DNA of 64,000 nt, from positions 22,066-86,065 of the IMG/VR virus record IMGVR_UViG_3300021599_001992; one strand, given 5' to 3'. The notes under the pieces were generated by a model. That model did no database searches and was not told where the DNA came from. It was given only the letters and a program-made list of their open reading frames with translations. Source of the DNA: a virus. This document shows positions 10,486 to 18,984 of this stretch, piece after piece. Every line of letters starts with the position of its first letter. Position 1 is the stretch's first letter. A program made the position numbers and the translations under genes.

Positions 10486-10998
10486 ATGGACAACAAACTA
10501 CCAATAACACGTTTAAGTAAGTTTTTTTCTCAAGACGATTTTGACATTAATATTCAATTGGGTCAAGAATATCTTCATGGAGATTTAAACATGAAGGTTG
10601 TTTTGTATAGAATTGATAGAACAAGTACTGATACCGATTCGGTCTACGCTGAAGCGGGAAAAGATCAGAAAAAATTTTATCCTCCTATGGAAATCAATGC
10701 ATTGGTTAAAATTGATGAACCAAAAAACTCATCATATAAAAATGGTTTGGTTAGATATAGTGAACCGGGTAATCTAACACTTTCAGTATATATAAGACAT
10801 TTAGAGGAGTTAAAGGTTGATATAACATATGGTGATTATATTGGATATGCTGATTCAGAAAATAAATTAAGATTTTATACTGTAACAAATGATGGTAAAG
10901 TCACATCTGATAATAAACATAAAATGTTTGGTTATAAACCACATTACAGAACAATAACTTGTGTACCAACACAGGAAAACGAATTTAGAGGAGTTTAA
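10486..10998 (+). CDS. Head closure/neck protein (gp14-like)
   Basis: 170 aa, VVLYRID...VYAEA...GDYIGY pattern; lies upstream of the tail terminator and sheath genes. Confidence 0.55.
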   Translation: MDNKLPITRLSKFFSQDDFDINIQLGQEYLHGDLNMKVVLYRIDRTSTDTDSVYAEAGKDQKKFYPPMEINALVKIDEPKNSSYKNGLVRYSEPGNLTLSVYIRHLEELKVDITYGDYIGYADSENKLRFYTVTNDGKVTSDNKHKMFGYKPHYRTITCVPTQENEFRGV

Positions 10999-11000
10999 TC

Positions 11001-12254
11001 ATGGGTATACCTAAAAGAAAAAATAATATTGATGTATACAGTAAAAGGGAACATCTAAGAGGTCAAGATATTGTTGACAGAAGACAAGAACTTTTAGATA
11101 GAATCACAAAATCCGATTCCTATTTACCCGACTCAATTCTTCATGATGATTTGGATGGAGGAATGTTAGATTTTGTCAAGAAGAACTTTAAAATCGTTAC
11201 AGACGGTGAATCAATCCCAATTATTCCAAAAATATTAACAATTCAAAGATGGGGTGAATTTTCAAATAATTGGGAATTTTCAGATGAAGACGGTAATGTT
11301 AAAATACCGTTTATTGCAATTGTGAGAAAACCTGATGTTCAACCAGGTACCAATCCTGTTACACAAAGAACAATTCCTGATAGAAGTACTTTTTATTATG
11401 CGTCAGTACCTACTTGGAATGGAACACAAATGGGTGCAGATATATATAAAATCCCGCAACCTGTTGCAGTTGATTTGTCATTTGATGTTACAATTGTTTG
11501 TAATAAGTTTAGAGATTTAAATAGATTTAATAAAATAGTTTTACAGAAATTTTCTTCAAGACAAGCATACACATCAATTAAAGGTCATTACATACCTATT
11601 GTTTTAGATAAAATAGAAGATAACACACCAATGGATACAATAGATGGTCGTAGATTTTACATCCAAAATTACACCTTTATTATGTTGGGTATTTTAATAG
11701 ATTCTGAAGAATTTGAGGTAAAGCCGGCTATAAGTAGATTCTTTTTATTAAATGAATTTTTAAAAGGTGGTAATGTAGGTAAAAAAATAGTTAAGAGAGG
11801 ATTATTTGAAACTAAAACCGCAACATTTGTGGCCGATGGAATGCAAACACAATTCAGTGTTGGTGAGACAATTGGAATTTTATTTAATGTAACAATAAAT
11901 GGTATAATACAAGAAAGAGATACAGATTACTTTCATATTTCAAAAACATCTAAAATAACTTTTGATAACCCACCCCCTGATGGATCTTCAATTGTCATAT
12001 CGTATTATGTAGGAAGTAAGGAAACTCTTGTTGATGAATATGGTAAAATATTTAACGTTTCTACAGAATATTTTACATTTACAGGAAATAGAGAAATAAA
12101 CGTTACGAATTACGTTAGTGACGTAATTTCTTTGGATATAAACGGTTTATTAGAAGAAGAAGGATCAGGATTTGAAGTTTTAGGTGGAACAAAAATATCA
12201 TTATTATTTAGTCCAGCGTTAAATTCAAGAATTGGTATAACGTACCTACACTAA
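11001..12254 (+). CDS. Tail terminator/completion protein (gp15-like) with C-terminal beta-sandwich repeats
   Basis: IPQPVAVDLSFDVTI motif and synteny before the sheath gene; C-terminal repeats of the type INGIIQE..DY/INGLLEE..GF. Confidence 0.55.
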   Translation: MGIPKRKNNIDVYSKREHLRGQDIVDRRQELLDRITKSDSYLPDSILHDDLDGGMLDFVKKNFKIVTDGESIPIIPKILTIQRWGEFSNNWEFSDEDGNVKIPFIAIVRKPDVQPGTNPVTQRTIPDRSTFYYASVPTWNGTQMGADIYKIPQPVAVDLSFDVTIVCNKFRDLNRFNKIVLQKFSSRQAYTSIKGHYIPIVLDKIEDNTPMDTIDGRRFYIQNYTFIMLGILIDSEEFEVKPAISRFFLLNEFLKGGNVGKKIVKRGLFETKTATFVADGMQTQFSVGETIGILFNVTINGIIQERDTDYFHISKTSKITFDNPPPDGSSIVISYYVGSKETLVDEYGKIFNVSTEYFTFTGNREINVTNYVSDVISLDINGLLEEEGSGFEVLGGTKISLLFSPALNSRIGITYLH

Positions 12255-12416
12255 TCATTCTCCATACAAATCCTTCTTTTTAGGTTTACAGTTATCTTCT
12301 ATCAATTTTTCTAAAATCTTATGGATTTTTAACCCCAATTTATCACAATATTGTTTCAATAGTTCGTGATGTTTTTCACTTATTTTAACGTTTTTATAAA
12401 CTGTTTTATTTGACAT
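12255..12416 (-). CDS. Small ribbon-helix-helix DNA-binding protein (53 aa, not in ORF track)
   Basis: Manual translation: MSNKTVYKNVKISEKHHELLKQYCDKLGLKIHKILEKLIEDNCKPKKKDLYGE*. The KNVKI strand followed by helix-G-helix is Arc/CopG-like; TATTTAT lies upstream on the minus strand. Confidence 0.7.
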   Translation of the reverse strand: MSNKTVYKNVKISEKHHELLKQYCDKLGLKIHKILEKLIEDNCKPKKKDLYGE

Positions 12417-12537
12417 AGATAATTAAATATATTTTTAGATAAATAAATATCTAAAATGAAAAAATCCCTGAAATCTTTGATAAAAACAAAGATATTTATT
12501 AGAAAACTAATAAAATATTTTAACCAAACATTAATCA

Positions 12538-15429
12538 ATGGCAAATTCTAACAAAGTATTCGTTTCTCCAGGTGTTTATACCTCTGAGAAAGACTTAACA
12601 TTCGTAGCACAAAGTGTTGGTGTAACAACTTTAGGTATGGCAGGTGAAACTTTAAAGGGTCCCGCTTTCGAACCTATACTAATTACAAATTTTGATGAAT
12701 TCAGAACATACTTCGGTTCCACTTCACCAGTGAAAGATGGGGCGGGTAATCCAAAATATGAATTACCATATTTTGCAAAATCTTATTTACAAGAATCAAA
12801 TCAATTATTTGTAACAAGAATTCTTGGTTTAACAGGTTACAAACCATATAACACTTTTGGTATTGTTACACTTGGAGGTGTTAATCTTGGTTCATTAAGT
12901 GGTACAACATTAAATCTTGTAATGTCAGGTGACACTTTGGCGAACATGACCGGAAGTACAATATATGCTGAATTATCAGGTAAAACTGCTTTTGACGGTA
13001 CTTCAATAACTAATTACATTTTATCAAACTTTAGTGGTTTTACAACTGCCGATGATGGTAAATGGTTTGTAATGGGTGAAATACCATCTTCAGGACTTAC
13101 AAGTTTAAGTTCAGTGAAAGAAGTAAACTCTCCTTTAACAAATAAAAATAATTCTAATAATAATAATGAAAAAGAATGGTATAACACATTCTACACAGAA
13201 ACTACACCGGGTGATGATAGTACAATAGACGGTGTATATTCCTATAAATTTGTATATTCAAGTGGTAATTCAAGATTTGATGTTACAAGATACAAATACA
13301 ACGCAAGTTTGAATACAGATTATGATGATGTTGTAGTTGGTGCACTTAGATCAAGAGGTAGATATAGTGGACAAACTCTTATACATGAAGTTACTGGTTC
13401 TACTAAAGTTTCAATAAGTGGATCAACAATATTAAGAAATCCATTATCTGATTTTGTTTTACAAGTAACAGGATACACAGGTGGAGCAAAAGAATTTACA
13501 TGTAATTTTGATCATACTTCCACAAAATTCATATCTAAGGTTTTAGGTACTGAGGTTTTCGATAAAGAATATGCGGACTTTCCTTTATATATTCATGAAA
13601 ATTACAGTAAATTTTTGAAGGCAGCATATGATAGAGGTATAATTAGAGGTATTGATACTTCATTAGTTTATAATTCAGATGGTAATGATTTCTTAGGTGA
13701 ATGGGACACACCATCATCACCAATGGTTGTTTCCGAAGTTCGTGGTGGTAAAGTTTCAGATCTTTTCCAAATCATGACCATATCTGATGGTGATACCGCT
13801 AATTTCCAATATAAAATAATGATTCAAAATGTTAATTTAGAAACAGGAGAATTTGATTTATTGGTACGTGATTTTAATGATACAGATGATAATATAGTTG
13901 TATTAGAAAAATATTCAAGATGTTCAATGAATCCTGAGTTACCGGGTTATATTGGTAGAAAAATTGGTACGGCTGATGGTGAATATGAATTACGTTCAAA
14001 GTTAATTATGGTTTCTCTTGCCGATGAACATCCAACGGACGCAATTCCTTGTGGATTTAAAGGATTCGGAGCAAATTCAGATTTCGCGTCATCAACTATT
14101 GGTACTGTAATGTATAAAACAGAATACTATGACGCTGGTGATATTATTCTATATGATGCTGACGGTACACCTGTAGTTGAAAGTGGTGATAAAGTAAGAA
14201 AAGTAAGTTTAGGTCTATCATCACAAACAGGATTCGATTCTGACTTATTTAAGTACAAAGGAGCAAGTGGTGATAATGAAACTTATGGTTTCCACTTATC
14301 AATAAACGCTTCGGGTATCACGGGTAACACACCTTCTGGTTATATGTTTAAAACAACCCCATATGATCTCGAAGGTCAAACGGGTACCAATAATAAATTA
14401 ACTTCACTTTCATTCCGTAAGTTCACTTTTGGTGTGTTTGGTGGTAACGACGGTTGGGATATCTACAGAAATGTTAGAACAAATACCGATGGTTATATAT
14501 TCGGAAAAACAACTTATATAAGTGGAAATACTGTTAATAGTGGTGTTTTTAGTACAAGTGTAGGAAATTCAGACTATTACGCATATTTGAAGGGTATTGA
14601 AACATTTTCAAATCCAGAAGCGGTTGATATAAATGTATTTACCACACCTGGTATTGATTTTTATAATCATAGTTCATTAATTAATCAGGCAATAGATATG
14701 GTAGAAACTGATAGAGCAGATTCTTTATACATAATGAACGCACCTGGACCTGTATATACAACTGATGCTGAGGAAGTTGCAGGATTTCTTGATGGAATCG
14801 CAGTGGATTCTAACTACTCCGCAACCTATTGGCCTTGGATCCAAGTAAGAGATACAGATAATTCAACTCAACTTTATATTCCACCAACAGGTGAAGTTTT
14901 AAAGAACATTGCGTTAACCGATAATGTTTCTTATCCATGGTTCGCGGTGGCGGGTTATTCAAGAGGTCTTGTAAATGCAATCAAAGCAAATAAGAAATTA
15001 ACACTTGATGAGAGAGATGAATTATATAAAAACAGAATTAACCCAATTGCAACCTTCTCTGATACAGGTACAATTATTTGGGGTAACAAAACCCTTCAAG
15101 TAAGAGAATCTGCTTTGGATAGAATTAACGTAAGAAGATTATTATTAAGAGCAAGAAAGTTAATATCTGCAGTTGCGATTAGACTATTGTTTGAACAAAA
15201 TGACGAACAAGTTAGAAATGAATTCCTTAGATTGGTAAATCCAATTTTAGAATCAATAAAGAAAGAAAGAGGTTTAACCGAATTCCGTGTTACCGTATCT
15301 AATGATCCAGAGGATATAGATGCAAATACTTTAAGAGGTAAGATTTATATCAAACCAACACGTTCACTTGAATTTATTGACTTAGAATTCATTATAACAC
15401 CAACCGGTGCTTCGTTTGAGAATATCTAA
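12538..15429 (+). CDS. Tail sheath protein (gp18-like)
   Basis: VFVSPGVYTSEKD N-terminus, YWPW, PWFAVAGYSRG, WGNKTL, RINVRRL, IKPTRSLEFI. Confidence 0.96.
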   Translation: MANSNKVFVSPGVYTSEKDLTFVAQSVGVTTLGMAGETLKGPAFEPILITNFDEFRTYFGSTSPVKDGAGNPKYELPYFAKSYLQESNQLFVTRILGLTGYKPYNTFGIVTLGGVNLGSLSGTTLNLVMSGDTLANMTGSTIYAELSGKTAFDGTSITNYILSNFSGFTTADDGKWFVMGEIPSSGLTSLSSVKEVNSPLTNKNNSNNNNEKEWYNTFYTETTPGDDSTIDGVYSYKFVYSSGNSRFDVTRYKYNASLNTDYDDVVVGALRSRGRYSGQTLIHEVTGSTKVSISGSTILRNPLSDFVLQVTGYTGGAKEFTCNFDHTSTKFISKVLGTEVFDKEYADFPLYIHENYSKFLKAAYDRGIIRGIDTSLVYNSDGNDFLGEWDTPSSPMVVSEVRGGKVSDLFQIMTISDGDTANFQYKIMIQNVNLETGEFDLLVRDFNDTDDNIVVLEKYSRCSMNPELPGYIGRKIGTADGEYELRSKLIMVSLADEHPTDAIPCGFKGFGANSDFASSTIGTVMYKTEYYDAGDIILYDADGTPVVESGDKVRKVSLGLSSQTGFDSDLFKYKGASGDNETYGFHLSINASGITGNTPSGYMFKTTPYDLEGQTGTNNKLTSLSFRKFTFGVFGGNDGWDIYRNVRTNTDGYIFGKTTYISGNTVNSGVFSTSVGNSDYYAYLKGIETFSNPEAVDINVFTTPGIDFYNHSSLINQAIDMVETDRADSLYIMNAPGPVYTTDAEEVAGFLDGIAVDSNYSATYWPWIQVRDTDNSTQLYIPPTGEVLKNIALTDNVSYPWFAVAGYSRGLVNAIKANKKLTLDERDELYKNRINPIATFSDTGTIIWGNKTLQVRESALDRINVRRLLLRARKLISAVAIRLLFEQNDEQVRNEFLRLVNPILESIKKERGLTEFRVTVSNDPEDIDANTLRGKIYIKPTRSLEFIDLEFIITPTGASFENI

Positions 15430-15450
15430 TTGGTAAATAAATAAAAAAGG

Positions 15451-15481
15451 AAAAGGGGTGTGAAAACATCCCTTTTTTTTT
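15451..15481 (+). terminator. Intrinsic terminator after sheath gene
   Basis: AAAAGGGGTGT-GAAA-ACATCCCTTTT stem followed by a T-run. Confidence 0.75.
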
Positions 15482-15496
15482 GTTCCACATGGAACC
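15481..15496. promoter_or_regulatory. parS-like palindrome TGTTCCACATGGAACC
   Basis: 14/16 match to the parS variant TGTTCCACGTGGAACA; intergenic. Confidence 0.45.
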
Positions 15497-15730
15497 ATAT
15501 TTTATAAAAATAATACTTTTATATTTTACCCAGAATGCTGGAACCAGATATTCTGGTATTTATTATTAATAAAAAGAAAAATAATTAATTTACTGGTGCT
15601 ATATACTGGATATGTTAAAAACTACGAAATTTTTTTGATAAAAACAATAGTTAACTAAAAATAAATTATTTTAATTTGAGATATATTTATAATAAACAAA
15701 ATAAACCAAAAAAAGTAATACTAATACAAC

Positions 15731-16219
15731 ATGGCCGATTTATTAATGAAAATGCCGACACCCTATGAACCAAAAAGGGTAAACCGATTTATCTTAAGAT
15801 TTCACTCTTCATTAGGTATAAATGAGTGGTATGTAACATCCGCTTCAAGACCAAGTGCAAAAATTAATTCAGTAGCAATACCGTTTTTAAATACCTCAAC
15901 TTATGTTGCCGGTAGATTTGAATGGAATGAAATAAAAGTAAAATTTAGAGACCCAATAGGACCTTCAGCATCACAGGCTTTAATGGAATGGTTTCGTTTA
16001 CATGCGGAATCGGTAACAGGTCGTATGGGTTATGCTGCTGGCTATAAAAAAGATATTGATCTCGAGATGCTTGATCCAACAGGAGTAGTGGTAGAAAAAT
16101 GGTTGTTACAACAGTGTTTCATCACCGACCTAAACTTTGGTGAACTTGATTATTCAAGAGACGACTTAGCAAACATTGATTGTTCATTAAGAATGGATAG
16201 ATGTATACTTATTTACTAA
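15731..16219 (+). CDS. Tail tube protein (gp19-like)
   Basis: 162 aa after the sheath; YEPKRVNRF, YVAGRFEW, GYKKDIDLEMLDPTGVVVEKW. Confidence 0.92.
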   Translation: MADLLMKMPTPYEPKRVNRFILRFHSSLGINEWYVTSASRPSAKINSVAIPFLNTSTYVAGRFEWNEIKVKFRDPIGPSASQALMEWFRLHAESVTGRMGYAAGYKKDIDLEMLDPTGVVVEKWLLQQCFITDLNFGELDYSRDDLANIDCSLRMDRCILIY

Positions 16220-16241
16220 CATAACACTAAACAAAATACAG

Positions 16242-16266
16242 AAACCGGTTTTATACCGGTTTTTTT
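16242..16266 (+). terminator. Intrinsic terminator after tail tube gene
   Basis: AAACCGGT-TTTAT-ACCGGTTT followed by a T-run. Confidence 0.75.
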
Positions 16267-16312
16267 ATTTGTAAAACTTTACTTTAAAATAGTTATAGTT
16301 TAAATTAACACT

Positions 16313-17065
16313 ATGGAAGAATTAAGAATAGACCCAGCAATTGCATATGATGTAATTGAATTACCAAGTAAAGGTATTCATTATACTAATGGAAAAAAAT
16401 CAATCAGAGTAGCATATCTAACCGCATCTGATGAAAATATATTAGCGTCTCCAACTTTAATGTCGACAAATTCAATTGTAAGTGAGTTACTAAAGAGAAA
16501 AATTTTAGATAGGGATATTAATATTGAAGAAATAGTTGAGGAAGATAAACAAGCGATTTTAATATTTTTAAGAAATACCGCATTTGGTTCAGAATATAAG
16601 TTTACATTAACTGATCCTAAAACAGAAAAAGAATTTGAAACTACGATAGATTTATCAGAAATTAAAATAAAAGATTTTAATCTAACAACAGATGTTAATG
16701 GAGAATATTCGTATTTTTTACAAAAAAGTAATGTCGAGATAACTTTTAAATTTTTAACACAAAAACAAGAAGACGAGATTAATAAAATAAGAGATAGTTG
16801 GAATGGAATAGGTGTTGCTCCTATTGTTACCAAACAACTTGAATTCATGATAAAATCAATAGGTGGAGTAAGAGATCCTTTACAAATACGAAATTTTATC
16901 GAAACAAAAATGCCCATTAAAGATTCTCAAGATTTTAAAAAGTTTGTAAAAGAAAATAAACCAAGTTTAGATTTAACTAAAAGTGTAATTACCCCATCAG
17001 GAGATACAATCCAAGTAAATATTGGATTTGGGGTAGAATTTTTTCGCCCTTTCTACGGATTATAG
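16313..17065 (+). CDS. Baseplate hub assembly/tail assembly chaperone (T4 gp26-like)
   Basis: IELPSKG..Y, LTASDENIL, IFLRNTAFGSEY, C-terminal GVEFFRP; sits between tube and tape measure genes. Confidence 0.75.
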   Translation: MEELRIDPAIAYDVIELPSKGIHYTNGKKSIRVAYLTASDENILASPTLMSTNSIVSELLKRKILDRDINIEEIVEEDKQAILIFLRNTAFGSEYKFTLTDPKTEKEFETTIDLSEIKIKDFNLTTDVNGEYSYFLQKSNVEITFKFLTQKQEDEINKIRDSWNGIGVAPIVTKQLEFMIKSIGGVRDPLQIRNFIETKMPIKDSQDFKKFVKENKPSLDLTKSVITPSGDTIQVNIGFGVEFFRPFYGL

Positions 17066-17189
17066 AAAAGGTTTATTAAATGAGATTTTATTCTTAATAA
17101 AAAAGGGTTTTTCATATTCTGACATAATTTCAATGCCTGTATATGTAAGAAGATATTATATAAACTATATAATTGAATTAGAAAGTTAA
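17037..17189 (+). CDS. Overlapping +1-frame ORF, probable frameshift extension of the chaperone (gp51/gpGT-like)
   Basis: Manual translation: NFFALSTDYRKGLLNEILFLIKKGFSYSDIISMPVYVRRYYINYIIELES*. No start codon until codon 33; the frame opens at the T6 tract. Confidence 0.65.
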   Translation, partial: NFFALSTDYRKGLLNEILFLIKKGFSYSDIISMPVYVRRYYINYIIELES

Positions 17190-17209
17190 TTTAGTCGTAT
17201 TTATTACAT

Positions 17210-18935
17210 ATGGCAGATTTATATGATTTAGCGAAAGCTAATAAAGTTACGGAATTTGAAAAAGAATGGGCAAGTTTACAATCACCTCCTGTAGCTTGGC
17301 CATTTACGAATTCAACCGATAGATCAAATTGTAGTGCTTCATTTAATTATTATAAAAGTTTATCAGGAGGAGGGGGCGGCGGAAAAAAATAAAATGATTC
17401 AAGGTGAAATGTTGAATCAATTAAAAAGAGAGTCTGATTTACATACAAATATTTCAGAAAAAATTGGTTTATCTGGTGATTTATTGGAAATATATGTTGA
17501 TAGAATTGCTGAATCACAAATCAACGCATTAAGATTTGGGTACAATATGGAACAGGTTTCAGGTATGATTACAAGCATGTCTGACGCGAATGGTAAATTT
17601 AATTTATTATCAGAAAAAACATTAAACAGAACATATGAAACCGGTAGGGCGTTTATTGGAAGTTTGAGAGAATTAGGTGTTGCAATGACAGAATTTGAAA
17701 AAGTTGGTATTGGGGCTAAAAACGCCATGGACGCAATAGATAAATCAGGAAGATCTTCTATGTCTTTAGGTTTGAATGCGAAGAAAACAACAGAAATGTT
17801 GAGAAACGACATAGGTAAATTAAATGAATTTGGATTTAGTGGTGGTGTGGATGGTTTGAGTAGAATGGTACAAAAATCTTTAGAATTTAGAATGAACATG
17901 AGTGAAGTTTTTAAATTCGCAGATAAAGTAATGGATCCTGATAAAGCAATAGAGTTGACCGCAAATATGCAAATGTTAGGTGGTGCTGTTGGAGATTTAA
18001 ATGATCCACTTAAATTAATGTATATGGCAACAAATAATGTTGAGGGTTTACAAGATGCATTAATTGGTGCGGCCGGTGAATTGGCGGTATTTAACGAGGA
18101 ACAAGGTAGATTTGAAATTACCGGTTTGAATCTTAGAAGAGCAAAAGAAATGGCGAACCAACTTGGTATAAGTTATCAAGAATTAACAAAAAGTGCTATT
18201 GCTTCTCAAGAAAGACTTGTTGCAACAAATGATTTACTTAGTAAAGGATTTGATATATCTGACGCAGATAGAGAATTTATAGTGAATATGTCACAAATGA
18301 AGGATGGTAAAATGACCATAACTGTACCAGATGATGTTGCAAAAAAATTAGGAACAAGTACTGAGGTTGCAATAGAAAGTCTTACAGAAGAACAGGTTAA
18401 AACACTTACAAGTCTAAAAGAGGATTTAAGGACTAAAAGTGTTGAAGAAATTGCAAGAGGTCAATTTGATTCAGTAAAAAACATTGAAAACGATTTAAAA
18501 TCTTTAACACAAAGATCAATAAGGGATTTTGGAAAAAAAACGATAGGTAAGGGTGGTACAGTTGATGTTGGTAAGTCATTAGACAATGTATTTGGTGATT
18601 CTTTAGAAATTCTCGGTAAAAGACAAACGGCAGGAGATGCGGGTATTTTTAAAACTTTATTAGAACCAATCACGAATACTATTGAGACAGCGTTGACTGA
18701 TTTGGATATAAAAGGTAAGTTTGAAGATATGTTTAAATCTCTTGGAGATCAATTAAAGGCCATGTCAAAATCAGGTGATATGACAAAATACAATGAACAA
18801 GAATCCGAAAGAAGATTGAGAAATGAGGATAACAAACCTATCGCATTTAATTTTAAACATGATTTTAATCTTGTTCCACGTTTTGATGTTCCATTTAATT
18901 TAGAATATAAAGGTTCGAAAGAAGAATACGTTTAA
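17210..18935 (+). CDS. Tape measure protein, split into 17210..17392 and a +1-frame ORF ending at 18935
   Basis: Helical Ala/Gly/Met-rich sequence in tape-measure position. TATTTAT precedes ATG 17210. The frames join at GGA AAA AAA TAA. Confidence 0.7.
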
Positions 18936-18984
18936 ATGTTTATTAGTTTTTTTATTTTATCTATTTATAGTATAAAAAGGACTA

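Noticed and set aside
10433-10510. N-terminal 26-aa extension of the SNF2 ORF
   Set aside because: It overlaps the divergent promoter region and the next gene; ATG 10432 after a minus-strand TATTTAT is the more plausible start.
18872-18881. Second parS-like site TGTTCCACGT
   Set aside because: Only about a half-site, inside a coding region.
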